The notes under the pieces are model-generated. The model saw only the letters and a list, made by a program, of their open reading frames with translations. It was not told the origin of the DNA and ran no database searches. Positions 1-9,206 of a stretch of DNA of 64,000 nt are shown here, in pieces. The number at the start of each line of letters is the position of its first letter. Position 1 is the first letter of the stretch. Location of the stretch: positions 6,831 to 70,830 of the forward strand of contig JAHIUU010000006.1 in the NCBI GenBank assembly GCA_018817025.1, written 5' to 3'. The stretch is from Candidatus Babelota bacterium. GTDB lineage: Bacteria; Babelota; Babeliae; Babelales; JAHIUU01. The position numbers were made by a program, and so were the translations under genes.

Positions 1-898
1 CATTAGCTGGTTCAAGTGAACAGCCCAATAATGGCCTTCTAAGCAACCTTATTTTATGCAAATCTTTAATAGCACTCTTAACATCGTTTATTGGTATGAT
101 ATATCCAACGTTTTGCGCCTTACCCATCCCTGCAAAATTAATCCCAACAACTTGTCCTGCTGAATTTATCGCAGGACCACCAGAGTTACCTGGATTAAGC
201 GGCGCTGTAGTCTGAATACACGACTGCTTGATTAACGAAATTCGTTCGCGACCACTCACGATACCCTGCGTACTCTTAAGTGCCTGTACACCAAGGGGAT
301 ATCCTAGAGCCAAAACATCCTGCTCGCGACGAACCTCATCTGAGTTGCCAAACTTTAGAAATGGAATGTCACCAAGAACTTTCGCTATTCGCTCCTTCGC
401 ATACTGAGTCAAACGAAGCAGTGCAACGTCACGCTCTGGACTAATCCCTGCAACTTCAACCGTCAACCTCTCGGCACCAAGCGCAGGAATCTCTATCTGA
501 ACCAATTGTGCCTGGTTAACAACGTGCCAATTCGTAACAATATCCCCATCACTATTGATAAAGAAACCGCTTCCGCTTCCACTGCTTACCATCGGTGGGT
601 TATAAGGCTCTAGCCAATGAAACGCCGCAACATCACAAATAATTTTAACAACAGTGTTTTTTACCTGTCGCTGCACATCAATCCAAGTCGTCACCGAAGC
701 GCCATTTGCACGAATAATGGTTGGAGCAACAGTCACCGATTTTTTTTCTATGTCGATTGTTTTTGAAAGTTGATACAGCTGATATTGCACAACTTTGTCT
801 CGCTGGTATAAAAAATATCCACCAAAACCAACGCCCCCTAACATAACCAACCCAAAAAATAGTTGGAAAATCGAAAGTCTTCCTTGATTACGACTCAT
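1..898 (-). CDS. HtrA/DegP-family (S1C) serine protease, 5' part only (gene runs off the left edge)
   Basis: Not in the ORF track because it is truncated. The reverse strand from the ATG at 898 reads MSRNQGRLSIFQLFFGLVMLGG... (hydrophobic N-terminus). In frame around nt 160-200 it reads ...APLNPGNSGGPAINSAGQVVGINFAG..., the GNSGGP catalytic-serine motif of trypsin-like HtrA proteases. It starts 2 nt after the pssA stop. Confidence 0.8.
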   Translation of the reverse strand, partial: MSRNQGRLSIFQLFFGLVMLGGVGFGGYFLYQRDKVVQYQLYQLSKTIDIEKKSVTVAPTIIRANGASVTTWIDVQRQVKNTVVKIICDVAAFHWLEPYNPPMVSSGSGSGFFINSDGDIVTNWHVVNQAQLVQIEIPALGAERLTVEVAGISPERDVALLRLTQYAKERIAKVLGDIPFLKFGNSDEVRREQDVLALGYPLGVQALKSTQGIVSGRERISLIKQSCIQTTAPLNPGNSGGPAINSAGQVVGINFAGMGKAQNVGYIIPINDVKSAIKDLHKIRLLRRPLLGCSLEPAN

Positions 899-900
899 GA

Positions 901-1662
901 TTAGCCTCTCTCAATATTCTTTTTATAAAAGTTGTACCCCTGATAGCCAAACGACACTAATAGGTATCCTGAAAACAAAAAAAGCAACGACAGCTCAAGC
1001 CTCATAACAGTCAAAATAGCAAAAAGCACAACCGCACCAACAACAGGATAGTGCTTCTTTACGCGAAGAGAACCCCGTTTAAATGCAGGAAATCGAATCG
1101 AACTAATCATTAGCCATGAAAACAAAAGCAATAAGAAAGAAAGAAAAAAGCTAAACCATGGCCGATATACCAACCCATTCGCATTGAGTAAAACTATCAC
1201 AATAAAGCAACCTGCTATCGTTGTTGGCAATCCTATAAAGAAAACGCTCTGTTGATCATGCAACAAATTAAATCTTGCCAAGCGAACAATTCCGGCAATT
1301 AAAAAAAGCGCGCCAACCATCACCCCAACAAATCCCAATGTTCGTAAAGACCAAGCGTACGCCAAAAACGCCGGTGCCAAACAAAATGAAATCGCATCGC
1401 ACAACGAATCCATTTCCACCCCAAGCTCACTTTCAACCCTCATTAAGCGAGCAATTCGTCCATCAAGCGCATCCATCATAGCAGCAAGAAAAACACAGTA
1501 GATAGCGGCTATACGCTCACCTTCTATCGCAAGAGCAATGGAACAAAATCCAAAAAACGCGTTTCCTAGGGTAAAAAGAAAAGGGACAAAACGAATGCCC
1601 CGCTTAAAAAACTGCTTCTTTTCTCTCAATCTTCTGATAGGGTGAAATCTAAAACTTTTCAT
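901..1662 (-). CDS. pssA: CDP-diacylglycerol--serine O-phosphatidyltransferase (CDP-alcohol phosphatidyltransferase family)
   Basis: Contains the CDP-alcohol transferase motif DALDGRIARLMRVESELGVEMDSLCD and is a multi-TM protein. The track start at 1674 is a TTG overlapping grpE. The ATG at 1662 (MKSFRF...) lies just after the grpE stop and is preferred. Confidence 0.8.
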   Translation of the reverse strand: MKSFRFHPIRRLREKKQFFKRGIRFVPFLFTLGNAFFGFCSIALAIEGERIAAIYCVFLAAMMDALDGRIARLMRVESELGVEMDSLCDAISFCLAPAFLAYAWSLRTLGFVGVMVGALFLIAGIVRLARFNLLHDQQSVFFIGLPTTIAGCFIVIVLLNANGLVYRPWFSFFLSFLLLLFSWLMISSIRFPAFKRGSLRVKKHYPVVGAVVLFAILTVMRLELSLLFLFSGYLLVSFGYQGYNFYKKNIERG

Positions 1663-1663
1663 C

Positions 1664-2107
1664 TTACTTTGCAACGCTTACTTTTGCGTGCCGCAAAACC
1701 TGTCCTTGAAACAGGTACCCCTTAACCACAACCTCAACAATCTCTCCAGTCTCATGATCCTCAGACTCGACCTGAACCAACGCCTCATGCAGAGCAGGAT
1801 CGAACGTGCTCGAACAATCAATCTCCTCAACCCCCAAATCGCTAAACGTCTTTGCAACATTTTTGGAAACAAGCTCTAGACCGGCCAACACACTTGCACC
1901 ATCTACCGATTTCTGCTTTCGACAAGACTCCGTTGCCCGTTCAAGATCATCCATCACCATTAACAACGGTCGAATCACATCGCTTTTGGCCTGGGCAATC
2001 CAACTAGCCCGCTCCTTTTCAACCCGTCTTTTGTAATTCTGAAAATCTGCGCTCACGCGTGTGTACAAATCTTCATAGTCTATCTTAGACTTCTTTTTAA
2101 AAACCAT
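1664..2107 (-). CDS. grpE: Nucleotide exchange factor GrpE (short, 147 aa)
   Basis: Motifs DFQNYKRRVEKE and ...FDPALHEALVQVE...VVKGYLFQGQVLRHAKVSVAK are typical of GrpE. No dnaK or dnaJ is adjacent. Confidence 0.85.
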   Translation of the reverse strand: MVFKKKSKIDYEDLYTRVSADFQNYKRRVEKERASWIAQAKSDVIRPLLMVMDDLERATESCRKQKSVDGASVLAGLELVSKNVAKTFSDLGVEEIDCSSTFDPALHEALVQVESEDHETGEIVEVVVKGYLFQGQVLRHAKVSVAK

Positions 2108-2250
2108 ATGTTATACCCTTTCACCTAGCATTCTACCATAAAGAGTACATATTCCCAATTCACCCTCAGCGAACTCTTGAAATTGTAACTCTATTATTTA
2201 TAGCCTAAAATTGTAAATCTTATCAAAAATAAACTCTTAAGGGAGCACTC

Positions 2251-3597
2251 ATGAATTTTTTGCCTAAAAAGCGTCTCTTCTTACTCTTCTTACTCACCAA
2301 CACCTTCCGACTCTTCTCTATCGACAACTCACACTTTTACAAACCGCCATATTTTCATGCAACTAAATCATGGGAAACAAAAAACTGGCTTGCTGTTTTC
2401 GACGCGCACTACGCATATGGCAGCACCAATCATTCACGAGATAACAGGGGCCATCAAGCTGAAGCATTCGATCTGTATGGAAACCAAAACATACTGTATT
2501 TGACAGCCAACGTCCCTCGACCAACAAATCTTTCCGCTGCTCTGACCGGGTATATCGACGCACTCGAAACAACTAGAGCCGCATTTACTGCCGCTAACCC
2601 TGCCGATAAGCAGTTGTTTGGTCAGGTTGGCTTTTCAGGAAAATTCGATGTTAGCGAGTTTGTCCTCAATTATCGCCAGAATCTTATCTATAATTTTTTT
2701 ACGGAGCTTAACGTCCCCATCAGAACAATCAAGTCGGGACGGCGAACCCTGTGTGACAGAACACCAGTTGGCTCTGGCTCAGATCAAAATTATACACAAC
2801 AAGACGTCAGCTGGACCAATTTTAGAAACAACCTTCCCGATATTTTACGCGCATACGGCCTTGACCAATACACCCGTCGCTCAAAAAGCACCAATCTTGG
2901 CGACACAGCCCTTCTGCTTGGCCGGCAGGGACGCATCCCTTCTCTCGTTAATCTTTTTGAGTACTTCGACCTTGCAATCAAAGCAGGCATACTCGCGCCA
3001 ACAGGAACTAACAGAAAATACCAACAACCATTTTCAATCGAAACGGGATACAATGGACATTGGGGCTTTCCCGTCCGAGTGGACGCCATTTTTGGCTTAA
3101 GCAAAGACATGTACATCGGCACCTACCTTGGCTTGCTCTTCTTTTCATCAAGAACTCTCGACAGCTTTCCCGCTAGAACACACGAAAGCCAAAACGGCTT
3201 CATAAAGTTATACCGAACTACTATTCATGAAAAAAAAGGAACCATCTTTGATGTTGGCTCCTATCTGAAGTTGGACCATTTCATCAAAGGACTATCTATG
3301 TTACTTGGCTATTCATACAGCCATCAATCGAGAGATTCTGTCTCTATTCCAAAAGGATGCGACTATACACACACAAACAATGTAATTATCAACAATGACT
3401 GCCGGCTGAAAAATTGGCGCATGCACGTCATTCACGCGCTCGCTGAGTACGATTTTGGAGTTCACGACATTTGTAAAAAGCGTTTATGGCAACCTCGCAT
3501 CAGCATTTTCTACGATTATCCATTTAGTGGCAAAAGGGTTATGATGAGTTCATTGGTCGGGGGGGGAGTTGGGTGTGATGTTACGTGGGGATTCTAA
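2251..3597 (+). CDS. Hypothetical outer-membrane (beta-barrel-like) protein
   Basis: Has an N-terminal signal-like sequence (KKRLFLLFLLTNTFRLFS). It shows alternating aromatic/polar strands and a C-terminal ...GCDVTWGF ending in Phe, as in OM barrel proteins. A GGGAG RBS lies upstream. No family was recognised. Confidence 0.4.
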   Translation: MNFLPKKRLFLLFLLTNTFRLFSIDNSHFYKPPYFHATKSWETKNWLAVFDAHYAYGSTNHSRDNRGHQAEAFDLYGNQNILYLTANVPRPTNLSAALTGYIDALETTRAAFTAANPADKQLFGQVGFSGKFDVSEFVLNYRQNLIYNFFTELNVPIRTIKSGRRTLCDRTPVGSGSDQNYTQQDVSWTNFRNNLPDILRAYGLDQYTRRSKSTNLGDTALLLGRQGRIPSLVNLFEYFDLAIKAGILAPTGTNRKYQQPFSIETGYNGHWGFPVRVDAIFGLSKDMYIGTYLGLLFFSSRTLDSFPARTHESQNGFIKLYRTTIHEKKGTIFDVGSYLKLDHFIKGLSMLLGYSYSHQSRDSVSIPKGCDYTHTNNVIINNDCRLKNWRMHVIHALAEYDFGVHDICKKRLWQPRISIFYDYPFSGKRVMMSSLVGGGVGCDVTWGF

Positions 3598-3707
3598 ATC
3601 GCCCCATAAATCTTATTTTTTTAATTGTTTTTTTGTTTTTCGATTTATCGATTATCCTGACAGTAGGTTGAAAATTTCAAACGAACACAGAAAAGAAAAG
3701 AGAATCT

Positions 3708-4400
3708 ATGGATATCTTAGAGGTTAACAATCTCTCCGTCTCATTCGAAGAGAATCAGGTCATCTCAGACCTCTCCTTCAAAATCCCAGAACACGAGGTC
3801 ATGGTGGTCCTTGGCCCAAACGGCGCGGGCAAAACGACCCTACTTCGAGCGCTCTTAGGATTAATCCCATACAAGGGGGACGTTATCTGGCACACCAAAA
3901 ACATTAGCTACCTACCACCACAAGAGTTTTTGCAACGCAAAAATCTTCCGCCACTCAGCGTCCAAGAATTTTTTCATTTTAAAACAAAAGATGACCATGC
4001 AATCATAGGCATGCTCACCAAAGTTGGTCTTGACCCATCAATTCGCTCTCAACAATTCAATACACTTTCAACTGGCCAATTCCAACGCATGCTTATCGCC
4101 TGGGCACTAATCGATAATCCGAAAGTACTGTTATTCGACGAGCCAACCTCAGGCATCGACATTGGCGGCGAGGAAACAATCTATACGTTACTCCACAAAT
4201 TCTTGGAAGAACGCAACTTAACAATAATTTTGGTCACACACGACCTTAACATCGTCTGGGAACACGCCAACCAAGTGCTTTGTTTAAACAAACAAAAAAT
4301 GTGCTTGGGACAACCAAGTATCGTCTTGACCCCAGAGAAATTAAAAGAATTATACGGAACCGGATTAAAATATTACGAACACCATCACGATAACAGGTAG
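3708..4400 (+). CDS. ABC transporter ATP-binding protein (metal-uptake ZnuC/MntB-like)
   Basis: Walker A GPNGAGKTT, signature LSTGQFQRM and Walker B LLFDEPTSGID are present. It is followed directly by an ABC-3 type permease. No solute-binding protein gene is adjacent. Confidence 0.8.
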   Translation: MDILEVNNLSVSFEENQVISDLSFKIPEHEVMVVLGPNGAGKTTLLRALLGLIPYKGDVIWHTKNISYLPPQEFLQRKNLPPLSVQEFFHFKTKDDHAIIGMLTKVGLDPSIRSQQFNTLSTGQFQRMLIAWALIDNPKVLLFDEPTSGIDIGGEETIYTLLHKFLEERNLTIILVTHDLNIVWEHANQVLCLNKQKMCLGQPSIVLTPEKLKELYGTGLKYYEHHHDNR

Positions 4401-4404
4401 AATA

Positions 4405-5184
4405 ATGGTTATAAACTTATTTCTCGCAATCATTCTTGGCGCATTTGTTGGAGGAGTTGCTGGCTATGCCGGATCACTTATGCTCACCAAACGCATGTCG
4501 CTAATAGGCGGCCCACTCGGCCATCTAGCTATGCCGGGCATGGCTATCGCACTCACCTACAACTTCGATGTCTCTCTCGGAGCACTGTTATTTATTTCTT
4601 TTGGCACATTCATGATCTGGCTCATCCAACAAAAAACAAAACTCCCGTTCGAAGCAATCACCGCAACAGTTTTTGCTTCGTCATTGTCGATTGCACTCTT
4701 ACTTCTACGGAAAAAAAAGATTAAAGCCGCCCTTTTCGGTGATATTTCTCAAATCTCACTACTTACCGTCCTAACAACGATCACAATCGCAGCAATCGTT
4801 TTTATCATACTGCACTATATCTATTCAAAAATGCTCTTGATAACCATCTCTTCTAATCTCGCAAAAACAACAGGGGTCAACGTCAAACTATATAATTTTA
4901 TTTATCTGACTTGTGTGGCATTTGTTATTGCGTTAAGCGTACGAGTGGTAGGCGGTCTCATGACTGCAGCCCTAGTCGCGATCCCCGCCTGTACCAGCAA
5001 GAACGTAACCGGCACGCTCTCGCAATACAGGTACATTAGCCTCTTTGCCGGAGTAATTTCTTGTGTGACCGGGGTACTCGCATCAACAATAACCGGCCTA
5101 GCAATAGGGCCTTTAATTATCATTGTAAACGCAATTCTGTTTGTTGTTTCTATCTTTGTGAAACCAAAGTTTCTCTGGGGTTAA
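4405..5184 (+). CDS. ABC-3 family metal transporter permease (ZnuB-like)
   Basis: 259-aa polytopic membrane protein starting 4 nt after the ATPase stop. Its size and hydrophobic pattern are typical of ZnuB/MntC permeases. Confidence 0.7.
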   Translation: MVINLFLAIILGAFVGGVAGYAGSLMLTKRMSLIGGPLGHLAMPGMAIALTYNFDVSLGALLFISFGTFMIWLIQQKTKLPFEAITATVFASSLSIALLLLRKKKIKAALFGDISQISLLTVLTTITIAAIVFIILHYIYSKMLLITISSNLAKTTGVNVKLYNFIYLTCVAFVIALSVRVVGGLMTAALVAIPACTSKNVTGTLSQYRYISLFAGVISCVTGVLASTITGLAIGPLIIIVNAILFVVSIFVKPKFLWG

Positions 5185-5315
5185 AACTCCACTATTTGCT
5201 TACGCCCACCATCATTTTTTCTCTGAAAGACTGTGGTATCAATCTGTGGAAGCCCTAACGTTCTTGTGCTATGATTATTCTGCGGTTTTTTCCCTAAAAA
5301 TAAGGATCTGGTTTT

Positions 5316-5981
5316 ATGAGGCTTTTAAATTTTGACACTAAAGAGTGCTGGAACTATGAAAACGGTTTTTACTTGACGTCCGATATCAGACGAATAAGTA
5401 AGTTACTTGCCCACTATGAATTGTATAAAAAAATTGTGAATCTTCCAGGAGAGGTTCTTGAATTTGGGGTTTACAAGGGAAGCTCCCTAATTAGATTCTT
5501 AACGTTTCGCGAAATACTTGAAAGCCCGTACTCAAGAAAAGTGATCGGATTTGACGTCTTCGGAGAATTTCCAAAGTCGCAACATTTGGCAACAGATAAA
5601 AGCTTTGTGCAAAAATTTGAAACCGAAGGAGGAAACGGCATCCCAGAAAAAACACTTGAAAAAGCCCTGTTTAATAAAGAGTTTAAAAATTTTGAGTTGA
5701 TCAAAGGCGACATTCTGAAAACTCTTCCTAAGTATTTAAAAAAACATCCAGAACTAAAAATCTCCTTACTCCATATCGACGTTGATGTTTATGAGCCAAC
5801 CAAAATAGTACTGGAGCAATGTTATAATAAACTTGTTCCCGGAGGAATAATTGTATTTGATGATTATGGAACAGTACATGGCGAAACTAAAGCAATCGAC
5901 GAGTTCTTCTTAAACAAAGACGTTGAAATCCAAAAAAACCCTATCGCTCATATTCCAAGCTTCATATGTAAAAAACCGTAG
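5316..5981 (+). CDS. Class I SAM-dependent methyltransferase, TylF/macrocin-O-methyltransferase-like
   Basis: The SAM-binding loop is VLEFGVYKGSS. The motif LLHIDVDVYEPT...LVPGGIIVFDDYG is typical of the TylF/Methyltransf_24 group. Confidence 0.6.
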   Translation: MRLLNFDTKECWNYENGFYLTSDIRRISKLLAHYELYKKIVNLPGEVLEFGVYKGSSLIRFLTFREILESPYSRKVIGFDVFGEFPKSQHLATDKSFVQKFETEGGNGIPEKTLEKALFNKEFKNFELIKGDILKTLPKYLKKHPELKISLLHIDVDVYEPTKIVLEQCYNKLVPGGIIVFDDYGTVHGETKAIDEFFLNKDVEIQKNPIAHIPSFICKKP

Positions 5982-6000
5982 AAGCATTCCTACGCAATAT

Positions 6001-7383
6001 TTAGAACTCCACGTGGCCTGGATACCGAGGAAACGGGATCACATCCCGAATATTTTCCATGCCAGTCGCAAGCTGCACCAGTCTCTCGAATCCTAAACCA
6101 AATCCGGCGTGTGGTACTGAACCGTACTTACGCAACTCGAGATACCACCAGTAATCATCGAGACAAAGGCCTTGCCCCTCAATACGCTGCTTCAGAATAT
6201 CAAGGCGCTCTTCGCGCTGACTGCCACCTATCAACTCACCAACGCCGGCTACCAACATATCCATCGCAGCAACGGTCTTTCCATCATCGTTCAAGCGCAT
6301 ATAAAAAGATTTTATCTCTTTAGGATAGTCAACAACAAAAACTGGTGTTTTAAAGTGTTCCTCTGCCAAATAACGCTCATGCTCTGATTGCAAATCTTTG
6401 CCCCACACAACAGGAAACTCAAACGTTTTTCCAGATTTTTGCAAAATCTCAACCGCCTGCGTATACGTCACCCGTTCAAACGGGCTCTCAACAAGATGCT
6501 TTAATCGTCCAAGTAATCCCTCATCAATAAATTTATTAAAAAACTCAAGATCGTCCTGACAGTTTTCTAAAACATAAGAGATTATATATTTTACATATTT
6601 CTCTGCACAGTCCATATCATCGTTAATATCTGCAAATGCAAGCTCTGGCTCAATCATCCAAAACTCAGCTAGATGACGCGACGTGTTAGAATTCTCAGCT
6701 CGAAATGTTGGACCAAACGTGTAAATATCAGACATGGCACAGGCAAATGCCTCTCCTTCAAGCTGACCTGAAACAGTCAAGTAAGCACGCTTATCAAAAA
6801 AGTCTTGTGAATAATCTATTTCTCGATCTTTTTTAGGAACGTTATCAAAATCGAACGTTGTCACCTGAAACATCTGTCCCGCACCCTCGCAATCAGAACC
6901 TGTGACAATCGGGGTATTGATATAATAAAACCCCTCCTCGTTGAAAAATTTGTGTGTTGCAAAAGCAAGGGCGTTACGAACACGAGTCACGGCACCAATC
7001 GTATTGGTACGGGGTCGTAGATGAGCAATGGTTCGTAAAAATTCAAACGTGTGACGTTTTTTTTGCAGCGGATAGGTCTCAGAATCGCATGCACCGATAA
7101 GCTCAATCGATTGCGCCTTAAGCTCAAATGCTTGCCCTTTGCCAGGACTTTCAACGACCAACCCGTCAACAGAAACCGCAGCCCCTGTCGAAAGATTTGG
7201 GAGAACCTCTTCGTAACCTGCCGTATCATTATCAGCAACAACCTGTAACCCAGCCAAACAGGAACCGTCGTTAATAGTAATAAATGCAAATTGCCCCTGA
7301 TCTCGAACCGTTCTAATCCACCCCTTAATTGTAATCGCCTTACCAATATCTGCCTGAGAAATTTTATTTATTTTTACTCGCAT
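6001..7383 (-). CDS. asnS: Asparagine--tRNA ligase
   Basis: Class II motifs include FRAENSNTSRHLAEFWMIEPE and GFGLGFERL. The start was moved to the ATG at 7383 (MRVKINK...), which is preceded by GGAGAAAAA. The track start at 7437 adds 18 unlikely residues. Confidence 0.9.
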   Translation of the reverse strand: MRVKINKISQADIGKAITIKGWIRTVRDQGQFAFITINDGSCLAGLQVVADNDTAGYEEVLPNLSTGAAVSVDGLVVESPGKGQAFELKAQSIELIGACDSETYPLQKKRHTFEFLRTIAHLRPRTNTIGAVTRVRNALAFATHKFFNEEGFYYINTPIVTGSDCEGAGQMFQVTTFDFDNVPKKDREIDYSQDFFDKRAYLTVSGQLEGEAFACAMSDIYTFGPTFRAENSNTSRHLAEFWMIEPELAFADINDDMDCAEKYVKYIISYVLENCQDDLEFFNKFIDEGLLGRLKHLVESPFERVTYTQAVEILQKSGKTFEFPVVWGKDLQSEHERYLAEEHFKTPVFVVDYPKEIKSFYMRLNDDGKTVAAMDMLVAGVGELIGGSQREERLDILKQRIEGQGLCLDDYWWYLELRKYGSVPHAGFGLGFERLVQLATGMENIRDVIPFPRYPGHVEF

Positions 7384-7453
7384 TTTTTCTCCAAAGTACG
7401 CTGAAAAACAGATTTTGCTCATGCGAAAGCGTAGCATGCCTGGAAAAAAATCA

Positions 7454-8002
7454 CTATTTCTCGTACGTCCCTACCAAGACACTCTCAGCAAGAATATGTC
7501 CATTCATCGCTTCTTTAATATCATCTCGATCCACCAGCTTTTTGTCTTTTTTAATATCAAGCATAGAGACGTCAAGTGCGTAGATCGTGAAGTGATATTG
7601 ATGGAAACCACTTCCTGGCGGCGGGCATGCCCCCCCGTAACCAGTACTCCCAAACGTTGTTTTACCCTGAAAAGTACCATCACCTAGCTCCCAAACACCA
7701 CTCTTACCAGCCCCCTCTTCAAGCTGAACCGTTCCAACAGGGATATTATAGAGGACCCAGTGCACCCAATTGTTAGCAGCAGTATGCGTATCATGACAGA
7801 TAACGGCAAACGACTCGGTCCCCTCCGGAACCCCTTGCCACGAAAGGGCAGGAGAAACGTTTGCCCCATCACACGTGTATTTTTCTGGCATAACCATATT
7901 ATTCTTAAACCCATCAGACTTTAAAACAAATTTTTCTGGAACAGCCCCTGATACAGAACCTAATAAACACAAGCAAAGTACTATAGAACTAAAACACTTC
8001 AT
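7454..8002 (-). CDS. Secreted PEBP/YbhB-YbcL family protein
   Basis: Signal peptide MKCFSSIVLCLCLLGSVSGA is followed by ...YTCDGANVSPALSWQGVPEGTESFAVICHDTH...WVHWVLYNIP, matching bacterial PEBP (Raf-kinase-inhibitor-like) proteins. Confidence 0.8.
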   Translation of the reverse strand: MKCFSSIVLCLCLLGSVSGAVPEKFVLKSDGFKNNMVMPEKYTCDGANVSPALSWQGVPEGTESFAVICHDTHTAANNWVHWVLYNIPVGTVQLEEGAGKSGVWELGDGTFQGKTTFGSTGYGGACPPPGSGFHQYHFTIYALDVSMLDIKKDKKLVDRDDIKEAMNGHILAESVLVGTYEK

Positions 8003-8013
8003 ATTCGTCCCCC

Positions 8014-8619
8014 CTAACTACTAAAAATTGGCGTTGCCTCCGGCTCCTTGGTATAGCTACCCTTTAAAATCCCTGCCGCAAGCTCATGTCCCTTTATCGT
8101 TCTAAACACATCTTCTTTTAACACATCACTCTCTTTCAAGAAATTCAGTGTTGTATCAAGCGCAAATATAATAAAAAAATAATCCTGAGGCACAGGAAAT
8201 TTTTTGGGCAAATTAATACCCTCATATCCAATCTGCTTGATACCATCCCGTACCGTCGCTATTCCATCTCCATAATTGTGATTTGGATTAATAAACTTTT
8301 CAGGTAAACCTGTCACCACTGGTGGGATATTATAGACAATCCAGAGCACCGTATCACCGGTGGGCGCATCAGGATGAACACACATAACTACAAACGATGC
8401 CGTCCCACAGGGTCCAGGCTTCCAGGAAAGCGCGGGAAAAATATTCCCACCATCAATCGTATACTTAGCAGGCAAACACCCCCCATACTTAAAGCCACTC
8501 GAGCGTAAGGCCAATGTATCACCAGCAACTCGAGCCATTTGTACGCCACCAATACGCACACAAAAAATAGGCTGAAAATAAATAAGCAAAATAACAAAAA
8601 AGATATGTCGTTCGATCAC
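8014..8619 (-). CDS. PEBP/YbhB-YbcL family protein (paralog of 7454..8002)
   Basis: ...YTIDGGNIFPALSWKPGPCGTASFVVMCVHPDAP...WIVYNIP aligns with the neighbouring gene. It has a GTG start after a G-rich RBS and a hydrophobic N-terminus. Confidence 0.75.
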   Translation of the reverse strand: MIERHIFFVILLIYFQPIFCVRIGGVQMARVAGDTLALRSSGFKYGGCLPAKYTIDGGNIFPALSWKPGPCGTASFVVMCVHPDAPTGDTVLWIVYNIPPVVTGLPEKFINPNHNYGDGIATVRDGIKQIGYEGINLPKKFPVPQDYFFIIFALDTTLNFLKESDVLKEDVFRTIKGHELAAGILKGSYTKEPEATPIFSS

Positions 8620-8680
8620 AGCCCCCCCTCTTAAGAACTAGATCAGGTGGAGCCCCGAAGAGCTCCGCCTATATGTAAAA

Positions 8681-9151
8681 TTACAAACCAAAGTGTTTTT
8701 TAAGTTTCCCCTTGTACGTCTCTTTGTCCATCGCCCCAACATTTCGTTCAACTAACCTGCCGTCATTGAAAAATAAAAATGTTGGCACACCCTGAACCTC
8801 TTGCGACGAAGCCAAATCACGAGCTTGGTCAATGTTAATCACCAAAAAAGTCACGTCTGCATACTCTTTCGCTAGTTCTTCGTTAATTGGATGCATTCTC
8901 CTACATGGCGGACACCACGTTGCAGAAAAGTCTGCCACAACATTCTTTTTCGTCTTAATGTAACCGTCAAAATCTGACTTACTCGTAACATCTATGATCG
9001 TACCATTATGAGTTTCTATAACCTCAGTCTTGGTCCCGTTAGAATCATCCGCTTTTTCAGCTGATGAAAACCATGAGCAGCCTGGCACCACCGAAATCGC
9101 AAATACCATAACAAAAAACTTACCTGATCTTATCTTGCTCATATACTTCAT
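8681..9151 (-). CDS. Exported thioredoxin-fold protein (possible lipoprotein)
   Basis: The active site is WCPPCRRM in a thioredoxin-like context (...VVADFSATWCPPC...GVPTFLFF). The N-terminal signal ends in VVPGC, a weak lipobox. Confidence 0.75.
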   Translation of the reverse strand: MKYMSKIRSGKFFVMVFAISVVPGCSWFSSAEKADDSNGTKTEVIETHNGTIIDVTSKSDFDGYIKTKKNVVADFSATWCPPCRRMHPINEELAKEYADVTFLVINIDQARDLASSQEVQGVPTFLFFNDGRLVERNVGAMDKETYKGKLKKHFGL

Positions 9152-9206
9152 AAATAACTCCTACCTGTAAGCATTTTACTACAAACTCCTAACACAAAGT
9201 CAATAC

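Noticed and set aside
3708-5184. Metal ABC importer lacking its solute-binding protein as a possible anomaly
   Set aside because: The SBP gene may simply lie elsewhere in the genome, and this cannot be judged from a single window.
6001-7437. Upstream-extended start codons proposed by the ORF track (asnS 7437, pssA 1674, bamA 23700, 11328, 61606, 48541, 54287 and others)
   Set aside because: Many are TTG/GTG codons without an RBS that create gene overlaps or odd N-termini. Downstream ATG/GTG codons with an SD-like sequence, or with ATGA coupling, give canonical N-termini or signal peptides.
8645-8670. 9-bp hairpin AGGTGGAGC-(8-nt loop)-GCTCCGCCT just downstream of the thioredoxin-like gene (minus strand)
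   Set aside because: It could be a terminator or stabiliser. It lacks a U-tract in the minus-strand sense and lies only about 25 nt upstream of the next gene's start in the same orientation, so I did not report it as a terminator.
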